Source of the DNA: Cetorhinus maximus
Lineage: Eukaryota
Direction of reading: 5' to 3'
DNA: 64,000 nt
Assembly (NCBI RefSeq): GCF_964194155.1
Contig: NC_135894.1
Coordinates: 71,982,001-72,046,000 of the forward strand
The notes under the pieces were generated by a model. The model was not told where the DNA came from. It did not search any database and saw nothing but the letters and a program-made list of their open reading frames with translations. The translations under genes and the position numbers were made by a program. This document shows positions 50,712 to 62,770 of this stretch, piece after piece (positions within the stretch are counted from its first letter, which is position 1; each line of letters opens with the position of its first letter).

Positions 50712-51449
50712 TTAAGATCTAAAGCTGTTGAATTCAATATTCAGCCCGGAAGGCTGTAAAGTGCCTAGTCGGAAGATGAGGTGCTGTTCCTCCAGTTTGC
50801 GTTGGGCTTCACTGGAACAATGCAGCAAGCCAAGGACAGACATGTGGGCAAGAGAACAGGGTGGAGTGTTAAAATGGCAAGCGACAGGGAGGTTTGGGTT
50901 TTTCTTGCGGACAGACCGCAGGTGTTCCGCAAAACGGTCGCCCAGTTTGCGTTTGGTCTCTCCAATGTAGAGGAGACCGCATTGGGAGCAACGAATGCAG
51001 TAGACTAAGTTAGGGGAAATGCAAGTGAAATGCTGCTTCACTTGAAAGGAGTGTTTGGGCCCTTGGACGGTGAGGAGAGAGGAAGTGAAGGGGCAGGTGT
51101 TGCATCTTCTGCGTGGGCATGGGGAGGTGCCATAAGTGGGGGTTGAGGAGTAGGGGGTGATGGAGGAGTGGACCAGGGTGACCCGGAGGGAACGATCCCT
51201 ACGGAATGCCGTCGGGGGGGGTGAAGGGAAGATGTGTTTGGTGGTGGCATCATGCTGGAGTTGGCGGAAATGGCGGAGGATGATCCTTTGAATGCGGAGG
51301 CTGGTGGGGTGATAAGTGAGGACAAGGGGGACCCTATCATGTTTCTGGGAAGGAGGAGAAGGCGTGAGGGCGGATGCGCGGGATATGGGCCGGACACGGT
51401 TGAGGGCCCTGTCAACGACCGTGGATGGAAAACCTCGGTTAAGGAAGAA
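50712..51449 (-). CDS. C-terminal part of PLE polyprotein: RT thumb, Cys-rich linker and GIY-YIG endonuclease (5'-truncated)
   Basis: By my reading the frame is open from FLNRGFP through VPLVLTYHP, AFRRDRSLR, CPRRRCNTC, NLVYCIRCSQCGLLYIGETKR..RFAEH, HFN and GLN to TAA at 50712 (~245 codons). Confidence 0.88.
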   Translation of the reverse strand, partial: FFLNRGFPSTVVDRALNRVRPISRASALTPSPPSQKHDRVPLVLTYHPTSLRIQRIILRHFRQLQHDATTKHIFPSPPPTAFRRDRSLRVTLVHSSITPYSSTPTYGTSPCPRRRCNTCPFTSSLLTVQGPKHSFQVKQHFTCISPNLVYCIRCSQCGLLYIGETKRKLGDRFAEHLRSVRKKNPNLPVACHFNTPPCSLAHMSVLGLLHCSSEAQRKLEEQHLIFRLGTLQPSGLNIEFNSFRS

Positions 51450-51473
51450 GGAGCTATGCTTCTTAACTATGCT

Positions 51474-51516
51474 TCAGTTCTGCCGAAGGGCCATGAAGGC
51501 TCGAAACGTTAACTGA
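51474..51516 (+). ncRNA. Minimal type I hammerhead ribozyme motif (variant core)
   Basis: Stem I TCAGTT/AACTGA, core CTGCCGA, stem II GGGCC/GGCTC, GAAA, palindromic ACGT stem III. Confidence 0.7.
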
Positions 51517-51949
51517 TTTCTTCTCCGCCAATGCTGCCAGACCTGCTGAGTTTTTCCAGGTAATTTTGTTTTTGTTTTGGATTTCCAGCATCCGCAGTAG
51601 CTTTTAGCTTTTTGTTTTTATCCTTAAACATATGTTGGCTTGGAGGTATAGTCTCAATTAAATGCCTTTTGACTGTTCTACGCTAGTTTGAAAAGGATCC
51701 CTAAAACTTAGACTTTACTATTAGTTTGTCTGCCTCTTTTCCCTCTAAAAGAATTTGTGCACTTGAAAAAATAAAAAGTTGCGATCAAATCTTGTACATT
51801 TATAGGCAATGTGTGCTTATATTGGGAATTATAACCAGCAGACCAATTCAGTCAATGGGTTATCGTACAAGCAGAATATTGGTTTGCTTTTTTAAAGATG
51901 TCTTTCACAGTTATCTGTGCACCATTGGTTTTTGATTGTGTTGCATTTT

Positions 51950-52320
51950 TCTTCATCAGCATTTTGTGCGCTCTGCCCGAAGGCAGGTCCTTAGCTCAGT
52001 CTTCTGCATGTCTCTCTGTCATGTACCATTCTTCTCATTTGCCAGTAACTGAATTCAATTTTCAAGGCATCTAGCATTCTCTGCCTTCCTCTTCCTCTTT
52101 TTTTTCTTGAAACCTTCCCTCCATAATGTTTCTTTCTTGTCTGTTTCCTCTTGAGATATGCCCTGCATTTCTTTGTTTGTTCACACTCCTCCTGAGATGG
52201 CTTAAATGCTTTAGTAGCAGTCAGTGACAAACAAAGAATGTGTCCAAGAGTGAAATAATAAAAATACACCATTAACGGTCTTAAATTTCTGTTTAAGAAT
52301 AGGATATGCGGTTCTCCCAT
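51950..52320 (-). mobile_element. RTE-clade LINE 3' fragment (second family)
   Basis: GKVSRKKRGRGRQR..MVHDRETCR resembles the RTE C-terminal GK..G.R.RGR.R..DR..WR motif; tail acctgccttcgggcagagcgc. Confidence 0.7.
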
Positions 52321-54391
52321 TAAATTGAGTTGTTAATTATCTTAATTATTAATGTTTTAATTTTCTATTGCTCATGCTGCCACTTTTTCAGTTAACAAAA
52401 GCCTTCAGCAGTAAATGCTGAAGGTAAAACCATAGCAGTATTTCCTAGTTTCACCTTCTGTTGTCAATGTCTGTTATTTGAAACAAACGAGCACTCGAGC
52501 ACCATTTTGTGTCAGTATCTTAATCCTCATTCTTTCATGTCAGTTTTTACCAGTTTTCAGAGTGGCTTTGATAGCACAGCCCCCTTTCTGAAATCACACT
52601 TTTGACCTTGATTTGTCTATGTGCATGAAATTTATTTTCATTTTAAGATATGGACAAAATGACAGTGAAATCCGAACACTGAAAACCAAAATGGCTTCCA
52701 AGGCCATGCATATATGTACAGTATGCAGACTTTATTTTTGTTCATGCTTGATGAACAAAAAGATTTCGAGATCAGATTGTTCTGATACTTTGATCTGTAC
52801 AAGAATAGAGCTGAATGGAATAAGACAGGATATTGTGAGACTGAGGTTTGAAACTTACTTAAATTCTAATGGATTTTACCATTTTTCAGATTTGTCCTTT
52901 GCATGGATGAGATTGTTACAAAGAACACATATGTTAATGAAATCTGAAACTATTTATACTGCATTGTCATCTAGCTTATATTTAGTTATGGAGAACACTG
53001 TCATTTTGGAGAACACCGGTAAAGCTCTGACTTGGACTAGTTGTTTTCTAAAGGCTGGTTTGTGCAATAAAAATGGAGCATTATGGTTAACCTACTTCTG
53101 TTGCATTAAATTTCATTTAAGAGAAGCTTTTTTAAAGAATCTTCATTTTTCATTCGTAATTTTTAATATTCGCAATTACTGCATAATCTGGCCAAAGTTA
53201 AGTGCAGAATTTTTTCTCTCTCATTTAGTCATGTGCCTACAAGACTGGGAAAAATCTTTGTATTTTAGAAGTAAGAAAAGTTGATTCAACAAAGAACTTT
53301 TGGTAGCATTTTAAGCCAAAAATTAAAGTAAGCACTGCCAAATATTGCCATACTGTCCTGAAGCATACTAAAAATATTTTTCAAAATCTATTTTTAAATA
53401 GTTATTTTTCAAATGGAGCCTATCTGGCATATTTCACATGGAAAATGTACTGTGTTCCTGGGCGAACAGTATCCCCAGAAGTGTCCCTGATTCAAGAAAC
53501 TCATCATCAAATGAATACCTTAATAATTAACTCTGCGCAGATTCAAATCAAGAGCCATGTGACCCCGAACTGCCCTGCAATAAATAAATAAAATGTGTGA
53601 CTGTGTAGTGAAGTGGTTTCTGATTGGTGGCAGCAATGACAATCTCCTATCTTCAACCACTAGAAAACCACTGAGTGATTTTAATTTATGCAGAGATTGT
53701 GCTCTGTGACTGCAATTTGGTGAAGGGAACACAGCTTCAGGGCCAAAATGCCTAAGTAATGTGGAACTAATGATGGTGGCTGGAGTTGGGCAGTGTGGAT
53801 GTCCCAGGAGCTAAATCAGAGCATGCTCCATAGTCTCAGATGGCGCGAGTGCATTTTGGGCTGTCCCCCCCTCCTGGTTTTGAAAGTATGGTCGCCCCAA
53901 TTTAGCAATCACTTAGAAATTCACAGATGACTATACAAACCACCTTGTACATATTACTGTTGATCTAAATTGTATTTGAAACACATTTACCTGAACATAT
54001 ATATTTTCCCTCAGTATGGTGATTATTTCAAACGTTGCTTACATTAACATCCCATGAGTATTCAGCTTTATCCTCGTAGCAGACTCTTGACCAATGGAAA
54101 ATTCGGGCTGTGTGAGTCCACTAACAGGAAGAAGGAACCGAATTTAGCTGTGCAAGTTTAGTGGTTGTCTCGCATAACCTGGTCTTCTAGAAACGCCAGT
54201 TGCTGAATAGTTAACCATCTAACCAAATTTCACACCCACTCAGCCAATCGTGATCATATAGCTATTCTAAGTGAGCGGTTAATGAATATATTAACAAGAC
54301 CAATGAGATGGATTCCTATGTGCACACATTTTTACATTGGTATAAACAACACTATAAAGGGGTATGGGGAGAAAGAGTAGGTAAAATGCAT

Positions 54392-54428
54392 AACAAAAAC
54401 AGAATTACCTGGAAAAACTCAGCAGAAC
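54392..54428 (-). mobile_element. 37-bp Penelope-like micro-insertion
   Basis: aacaaaaacagaattacctggaaaaactcagcagaac flanked by TAAAATGCAT at 54382-54391 and 54429-54438. Confidence 0.85.
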
Positions 54429-56687
54429 TAAAATGCATGTTTGTATTAAAGTTTTTATGGAGATAAAGTATAATCCTCGATAGATGTACTTCCCATAACC
54501 GAATTGAATGGTCAGCTATTTAAAATAACTTGCTATAAAATTCTGAAAACCAGCGCCAAAAGCAGTTGCACTATCTTGTTATATTGAAAATGTGGATTCC
54601 ATTTCCTTCAAGGTTTGCAATATTATTTTAAAGGGCACAGCAAATTGAAATACCAACAGTGTCCTTATGAGTGAATTGATGTCTGAATTTCCCCCATTTC
54701 AGAATTCTTAATTTAAATCATGTTGCTGTTTTGAGCAGAAGCCACATGTTTTTGGGGAGGAAAGAAGGATAGAAATAATGGGAGTAATCTCAGGCCTCAC
54801 ATCTGCATTCAGAAAGCTGGCCTAGACTGGCATAACCAGAGTCCTGGGCTCAAGTCATTACAGCCACAATGACCTAAAAAGACCCAAGGATTGAGGCAAA
54901 GAAAACATCTTGCCCTGTATAGTAAGGGTATTTGTTAGTTCTATTGCTAAACCCATTCATTCACAGAATAAACCGAAAAGAACTCAACAAAGCTCAATTT
55001 TCAGCACAAGTGATTGGCAATGACTAACCGCAAAGTTACAATCAAAAGAGATTGAAACTCTGATCAGAGTTACGATCAGAGTCTTCATGTTGATGAGTTT
55101 TGTTTTAAAAAGGTCAATGGTTATTAAATTTGGGAATAAGAATATGCAAGCAGCAGTGCACCCCTCCTCGGCGTTGTCTCCACAACATTCCCCCCACATC
55201 CCCACCCCCAGAAAGAAATTGAAAGCTTTGGACATAAAATGAAGCTACAAGATTATGCAGTCGCCTGTCCTGGATGACTGCGCACACATTTTAAAGTTAC
55301 TTCAAATTCATTTCAATGCAAAATAAGGTCATTCTGTGTCATGCAATTAAGTGTAGGCATCTGGTAAAGTTGTAAAAGCTTTGAAGGGCTAGCGAAAAAA
55401 ACTACAGCTTCAATCTTGGATCACTAAATTAATTGGAAACATGGCAATTTGTAAACTGCAACAGAACATAAAATCTTTTTCATGAACTTCAGAGATGCCA
55501 GATGCCATAATATAGGCTTTTGAAGGGGCAAAATAAGTCTTTGAAGACATTTTGGACAAGATTTAGTAGTGTAGAAGTGAGTGGGTTTGGAGTGAGTTAA
55601 AATCTCTCCCATTGTTTCTTCCTCATCAGCTAAAAAGCCATAATCTAGTGATATTGATCATTTCTCTGTTCCTAATGATATGAAGCTTCAACATAATTTT
55701 CATCTCTCTGGGATTTGGCAGAACTTTGCAAATCCCAGCACTGCACTTAATACGAATGTAATTTTCTTTGATAGGATAGACGTCGACTCCATGTTTAGTG
55801 CATATTCTTCCTTAACTCTTCTTAAGAAGGGGAAGTCTGGATTTACCTGAATTTCTGGATATGCAAGAGAAAAAAATGGCATGCAGCATTCAGCAGTTTG
55901 CTTGTGCAAATAAATCCCAAAAGAATAAACCTAGTGAAAACAGAAATCACTTCTGCACATTGGAATTGTCAGGCGAATATAGTCACATGCTGGTTAGGCT
56001 TCAAGCTGAAATCATTATGTTCTGTAGAACAGTCAAAGTGTCATTGATGAGGTGATCTTTGGAAATCAAAGTAAAATTGGGTAACAATGTGAATGCTATA
56101 TGTTTCACATAACTATCTCCCCAATACCACAACGTGGCAAGAAGGGCATTTTATTTTAATAAGCCATCTAGATGCTAAGATGTTCCTTTGTTATTACCTG
56201 AATTCTTTAGGTTGCCAGTAAGCCTGGGTTATGTTACTGAGAGTGCTCCTTGCAGTTCTTTCAGTATGCAGAGAAATAACTCTCTTGCACACTCCACATT
56301 TCCCATAATGTTTCCCATTTTGAGGGCCCCAGCAAGCATGTACGGAGTTAACTCTCTTTTACTATATGTTAAATATTGTTAGTTGTGTGTGATTTAATTT
56401 TTCCAATGATTTTTTTCCAACAATTTCCTTTATCTTTTGGCCAGGTAGTTTAGAAGCACTCCATAGCAAAGTATTTAATGCTGCATTTTGAGCATACCAT
56501 ATCAGAATCTGTGACACTCCTCTTCAGCTGAGCAATAAGGTCTTGAGAATGGTTTGAAATGAAATTAACCTCTATCTGAGACAAGTAGATCTCATTATGT
56601 CAAAGATCTCAATCCCCAATTTACAAAATCCACTTCTGCAAATTGCAACTCATATTGCATCCCTTTATGCCTGAATTTAAAAAAGAT

Positions 56688-56820
56688 GAAACAAAAAACA
56701 AGAAATGTTGGAGATATACAGCAAGGGTAGCTGGCATCTGAAAGAAAACAGGTTTCCAATGTAATGTTGACCTTTTTCTGTTTCAGATGCTGGCTAACCC
56801 ACTGTGAATTTCCTGTGCAT
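56688..56820. mobile_element. Old fold-back Penelope-like relic
   Basis: tagctggcatctgaaa..agg..cct..tttcagatgctggcta inverted arms; left end resembles PLE termini. Confidence 0.55.
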
Positions 56821-57589
56821 TATTTGCATTTGGAGTTTTCATAAGTTTTTACTAGTTAGAAAGGACAGTATCATATTCAGTTGCGCAAATTCAGCACATA
56901 GTTCACAGAAAGTAATTAGGTCAGCCAAATTGACCTGCGCAATTTAAATAAAATTCTCTTAGTTTTTATAGTGTTATCAGTGGTTCTGCAAGGTACAAAT
57001 GTTACAAAGTCTGAATTATTTATTTCCTTTACTTAAAAGATCAAAATATAATTGGGGGAAAGATGAGTTTGTTCATTGCATAGTTTTGTCCAATTGATGC
57101 AAACATTAGAAACGGCAATGTCTACTGAGGATCTGCATCGTAAGTTGCTTTTATATTTTGGGAGCCCCGTGTGTGGGAGGCAACGCGCAGCTTTGGTGCT
57201 CCTAAAACAATTTCTCATAGATTTAAGTTAGGTCTATGCGTAGTTGGTTGGCTTTTGAAAGTGACTAATGATTAAATGCTGGATTAATCTGAATTAAAAG
57301 GACAATATGAAAGCAGCAATTTAAACTTTCAATATTGGTTTCTCTATTGTTAATTACAATTATTAGGTAAGTAGGATTGTGAACATCACTTACTTGGAAC
57401 TGTGTACCTGTAGATCACATAATGTAATAAAATGTCCTTCAAATATGATAGACCATTCACTAGAGAGTTCAGAAGAACTGGTTGAAGGAGCAGTCAAAAA
57501 ATTAGGTTTTCAGAACCTTTTTTGAAAGGGATGAATGTGTTATGAATTAAAGGCTGTAATATCTTCTCCAGTTTAGTTGCATTATATAT

Positions 57590-57990
57590 ATACACAGCCA
57601 GTGAAGTACTTCTGAAGTGTAGTCACTGTTGCAATGTAGGAATGCAGCAGTCACTTTGCACACAGCAAGCTCCCACAAACAATAATGTGATAATGACCAG
57701 ATCACTGCTTTTATGATTTTGATAAATATTTTCCAGGACACCAGGGAGGAAGCCCCTACTCTTCTTCAAAATAGTATCATGTGATCTTTTACATCCACCT
57801 GAGAAAGTAGACTGGGCCTCTATTTTAGAGGAGACATTAAAGATAAACCTCCAACAATGCAGCATTCTCTCAGTATTGCACTGAAATGTCAGTCTGAACT
57901 TTTGTGCTCAAGTCACTGGAGTTTAACTTGAACCCGCAACCTTCTGACACAGGCAAGAGTGCTACCACTTGAACCATGGCTGATACTGAC
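57590..57990 (-). mobile_element. DeuSINE-like copy
   Basis: Colinear with 38157-38545; tRNA head tggttcaagtggtagcactcttgcc..gggttcaagtt on the minus strand. Confidence 0.85.
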
Positions 57991-58154
57991 AATATATTGT
58001 ATATAATGTGCCTTAGTATATATGCCATATGCATAATATCTCTAACTTCGGCATGTGTATTCCCGCGATCTCTCTACAGGTGGACATTAGTCAACACTGG
58101 GTTCAAATCATTAAATTGCATTATTCCACAAGAAAGCTAATGTACTAATTAATA

Positions 58155-58477
58155 CAGGTACAGTGTCTCAAAACCGGCAACCTTGGGACCAGGGTCGTGC
58201 CAGACTTCGGATCTTGCCGTATTTTGGGTCGGGCATTCGGGCCAAGCCAGGTTGGGTGAGGTCAAGGGTCTCTTGGAGTGCTAGAATAGACCAGTGTGCA
58301 TGCAGTGAGGCAGATAACGAGTCCAGCATCTCACCGCACCAATGCACTGCCAAGCTGAATTGTCCGTGTAAGTTTTTTTTATTTCACTCGATTAAGATTT
58401 ATGCAAGGCATATTGTAAAAATCCAGTTTTTGGATAACTCCGGTTTTTAGACAGCTGGATTTGAGACATTGTACCTG
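58155..58477. mobile_element. Tc1/mariner-superfamily (pogo/Tigger-like) MITE, 323 bp
   Basis: TIR CAGGTACAGTGTCTCAAAACCGGC versus reverse complement CAGGTACAATGTCTCAAATCCAGC (21/24), TA on both sides. Confidence 0.9.
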
Positions 58478-58559
58478 TATCAGCCTGTGTGGCATTCTGT
58501 TTCTAAAAACTAGACTACTCTTTTGGGTGTCTGGCCTTTTGCATAATTTCCTGGCACTT

Positions 58560-59260
58560 CACAGTCAGGAATAGATTAAGATCCTCCAACATGATGGATG
58601 TGAAGTGTTCTTCAATTAAGACAACCAACCACTGTATTGCTTGTATTGACTGCACTTGCAGTCCAAGAAAACAACAATCTTAGCTCATTAGCTTCTTTTA
58701 GCCACCAGCCATGTAGGCAGCAGCATTTTGGAGAAATTGTGTAGGGAGAATACATGGAATCAACAATGGTGAGTTGAAGCAATTGGGTTCCGAGGATTAT
58801 GGATAAGGGTTTTAGCAATAGAAGGAGTGAGATATTGTTGAAGGCAGGGCAGTCTTCTAGAGGTGTAACCATGCTCTCTTTGTGAAGGATGGAATATGGG
58901 TTTTATATCTCGATTCAAATTCTAACGATACTGATTGCACGTTGTTTGGTTTAGCCTCGTTGAGCATTTAGGATGAGTTGGGATGATTGAGTTGGGAGCT
59001 GGGGTATAGAGTTTTTGGTAGGAGTTGAATAACTTGGCTTTGGATTTCCAAGTATTCAGCTGGAGAAGTTCCGGCTCACACGACCTGATGTCGAATAGAC
59101 AATTCCAACGAGCAATTGGTGATGGATAAGTGGATTTGGGTGTCAGAGGCAATATAATTACTCGATGATATGTAAATGAGGAAAAGGAAGGATCCTAAGG
59201 AAGCTTCGGGTAAATGTAGAAACGACAATGTGGGAAGGGGAGTAGTATTTTGGATTGCCA
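58560..59260 (-). mobile_element. Decayed L2-like fragment
   Basis: SLGSFLFLIYI..ASDTQIHL (degenerate LGP.LF.IY..YADDTQ.Y) and LQLN..KS on the minus strand. Confidence 0.65.
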
Positions 59261-59329
59261 TGACAATTTGAACCCCCTCTACCTTGGTCCATCAGTTAAC
59301 AGCTTAAAAAGCTAACCCAAAACTATCTA

Positions 59330-59635
59330 TTTGGCCATGTCCTGGCTGAGCTTTCAAAGAAGTCAAGCAGTTGGTTATTTCTCCGGAAGAGATGTCACGG
59401 CTGTACTGGTCCTCAGCTGAAGCTCATGTGCGTACCTTTCGACTAAGTCACCAGATAGTGGTGAGGAGTGAAAACTGACAGATTTTTGTTCTTCTTTAGC
59501 TCAAGAAAAAAACAATTCTAGTATCTTCACAATTGTCCACTGAGATCAGTAGATTCACTAAATGCCATTCATGGAACCGGAGACTCATATAATCTATCTA
59601 GTTCACTATCGTCCATGCAGTGAGCTTGTCAACTG
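59330..59635 (-). mobile_element. LF-SINE-like copy
   Basis: Colinear resemblance to the recalled LF-SINE reverse complement: tggccat..gtcacggc..gtcctca..gtcaccagatagt..aggagtg..gattttt..ctgagatcag. Confidence 0.55.
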
Positions 59636-62600
59636 AACAATAAAGAGAGCTCTAAATTGGACATTTTAAATCAAATTGAAATTAAGTCCATTTTTCTGGG
59701 CGTGTAGTTCATGCTGGACACCTCATGGATTACTACCTGTGTCTCTCTTTCTCCCTTCAATGCCCATCCTTCTTAAGGGACACAACAAAGGTTTCATTAG
59801 TAGATTAAAGATGCATTAAGATGAAAAAAACTGCCACTAAACTAATTCAGTTTGGAGAGGCACTGAATACTGATACATCAACTATTATTTCTCAATGTTT
59901 TCTATTATTTTTATGCAGTTTTTCTCAAAAATTACTGTACACCTAACTGGAGGAATTCCTATTTGGAAAGAAAACATAGAATTATTAATACCAGAACCAT
60001 CGAAAGAAAACTGATGGAAAATTAATTTGGACGGATAGTCTAGTCAGTTTTATGACCAAAATGTTGTTGTTAGTAATGTCGGATTTCAGAAAACACAATG
60101 CAAAGAAAGTAAAGAGCATGCCTGTTTTGAAGTATGTTTTATAAGCCATTGGGAAAGAAATTGTCGTCTTTAGTGGTACAGAAATGATGTAGTACAATCC
60201 AAGGTTAGTTGCAAATATAGTTGGCTGTTCAGTTAACATTGGTCAAACTTTCAAACCTAGTAAACCCCTCTGTTTAGTTGTCTATCATCTGCTACAGTTA
60301 TTGATTTCCTTATTAGTGAATAACTGACAACATGAGTTGAATCTAAAAAAAAAAGTAGGCCTGCTGCTGGCAAACAGGAAATACTAAACACATTAACTGT
60401 GCTGTGCTGCCTTCATCATGATTGTGGTGAAGAGATAAATGTGGCTACAGCCTTTGAAAGGCCACACTAACTATTCAGGAGGCACTGGGGCCGCAGCAGG
60501 GAAAGAAAATATGACCTGAAACCTTGTCAGAAGCACTGTCCTCAAGTGAATGTGAAAAAAAAAATTCATGTGTAATGCCTTTACTTCCCCTCCAAATATT
60601 TATTTTTGCACCATTTCTTCCCTGACCCTCTCTGGCCAAATATGAAACGACTTGAGTTTATCAGTGCATGGATGAATGCAAAATGCTTTTCTTAAAAGTT
60701 TGTTTCAAATAATTTTGTGAATTTTAAGAACTCTACAAGGATTCTAAATGACTCCCACATCCTGTTTTGAGTTGCCTGCTTAGAGTAAACTCTGCAATTA
60801 AAGTTCCCCCTTTAAACATGAGCATGTGGATAATTCTATAATTGTTTAAATGTAACCACATTAATTGTTGAATTTGATATAATGGACACTAGAGGATGTA
60901 AGTGAAAATTTACAGCGCATGTTTGGCCGTGGAGTTTACATTTTGAATAGATTGGCTCAACCTTTTCCACTCTGCAGAATGTTGTAGGGTTTGAAGAGAG
61001 ATTTTCATGTCATTTGTTGGCGAAGGAGTTACATATTTCACACCACCTGGTGTGTAGATTTCAGAAGTAGGGCCAGTAAAGCATGTTTCAAGGCTAAAGT
61101 TTTGAATAACTGAGGGGAAGTTTGTTGTGTGGGTGTTAAAAGCTTCAACAGCTTACAGTAGGGCGCATGGAACAGATATTTTTGGGAGTTGTTGGCTCTG
61201 AAATTAGTGACTATAATTTTTAAATTACCATTCTTAAACTGTACAGTAATTCAGTTATCACAAACACAATTTCCATATTTAATAAGACTCTGGCTTACAA
61301 CCCAGCTTATTCTGTACTATTCAAATCCTAATTCTGAAATCTCAGTATATAAAAGCAGAATGTGATTGATTCTGTGCATTGCCTTGTGCAACATGTAAAT
61401 GATGTCAGTATCACATGTCCACTGGAGGAACATTGGCACTATCCATATCTTTAACAGAATGCACACCTTACTTTCATAATTCTATCCCCAGGGTGTTTGT
61501 TTTAAACATGCATGGCCTTACTGTAAAAAAATTTGGTGATCCTTTTATTTATTTGAAATTTTTTTGGAATGTGTTTTTTGTTAACCTTTTTATAATGTCC
61601 ACTCTTGACCCTTGAATATAAAAACTGGTATATAATAACTACATGTATAAATATGTGTTAACAGGATTACGAGGTTAATTTCAAAAATATGTTTAAAACC
61701 CTTTCCTGAGGGTTCCAGAAACATTTTTTTGAGTGTCAGTGTTGTATGACATTGACTTTGACGCTGATGCTATGCAAAACTTGCTCCATATGCAAAAATC
61801 TCATGAAAATCCTATGAGGGCATATCCTGTCTCTAGGGCTGATCAAGCTCTGCTTTACATATGTATGAAGCAAATTAATAATTGGTTACAAGGTTTCAAT
61901 TATATCCAGCATTCTTATCATTATACACAATAGTTTTCAGTGTGCTTTTTGTCGGTACCTGCATTGTTCCCAATAATTATGTTGTGTAGTTTGCAGCAAA
62001 CTGCATTGGTAAATGGTATCAAACTAAGGTATAAATCTAAATGTTGTGTTTGGAGGATTCTCTTGGGTTTAAATGCTAATTCTGACTAAATTACATTTTG
62101 TTAATATCATTTAAGCAAACACTTCTTCAGTATTTGCATTAATCTTGTAAAATGAATTACCTTACTACAAAAATATTGTCACATAATTTCAGCGAACATT
62201 TGAAACCTCTAGTTCAAAATCAACCTGTTCTTTGATTAGGTTTAAGATGCAGACCAGCATTTTTTTCCCCAGAAAATCAAATTATTTTATTATAGAAAGG
62301 TTAAAATTGGGTCATCTTATACGTCTGGCCTGCTATGCTGTGATTTACAGTAATTCCCACCAGCTACAGTAAATTCCACCAGCATTTTTTTAATGCCTGA
62401 TTTCTGGACACGCCGGAACAAACATTTTAGTGCACATTGTATCACTTTTTGAATAGTTAATATAAAAATGGTTACTAAGCAACAATGAAATGTTGTGTGT
62501 CCAGCCATTGCATAGTGTGTCAGGGTGAAAAGAAAACAACCATGCCCTGTTTTAAGTAGTCCTAAATTGAATAGTTTTGTCATTATTACCTATTGTTACA

Positions 62601-62693
62601 AAGTAGTTGGGAACTGGGTGCAACTTTTTTTTATATAAATGCCTGCATAGCTATCAGCTATGTGAATCAGTGAAGAGGCTGTTTTGCCTAGTC

Positions 62694-62770
62694 AAAAACA
62701 AAAACAGAAATACCTGGAAAAACTCAGCAGATCTGGCAGCATCGGCGGAGAAGAGCAAAGTTGACGTTTC
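62694..62770 (-). mobile_element. Young Penelope-like terminal fragment
   Basis: caaaaacaaaaacagaaatacctggaaaaactcagcagatctggcagcatcggcggagaag..gttgacgtttc; truncated inside the hammerhead. Confidence 0.85.

Larger units (their letters stand above)
50227..51620 (-). mobile_element. Penelope-like element (Neptune-like), 5'-truncated, with inverted pLTR
   Basis: TSD TCCTTAAACATAT at 50214-50226 and 51621-51633; ~115-bp near-perfect inverted repeats (50227-50342 / 51459-51575); GIY-YIG frame. Confidence 0.95.

Noticed and set aside
51557-51592. CAG|GTAATT..TTTCCAG as a PLE intron
   Set aside because: About 30 nt is too short for a spliceosomal intron, and a downstream acceptor cannot be assessed in this truncated copy.
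52613-53284. 223-aa plus-strand ORF
   Set aside because: TTG start, AT-rich, Cys/Phe/Leu-rich composition typical of non-coding DNA, no recognisable domain or splice context; probably chance.
55709-55739. Hairpin ctgggatttg..caaatcccag
   Set aside because: A 10-bp stem is too short for a pre-miRNA and is plausible by chance.
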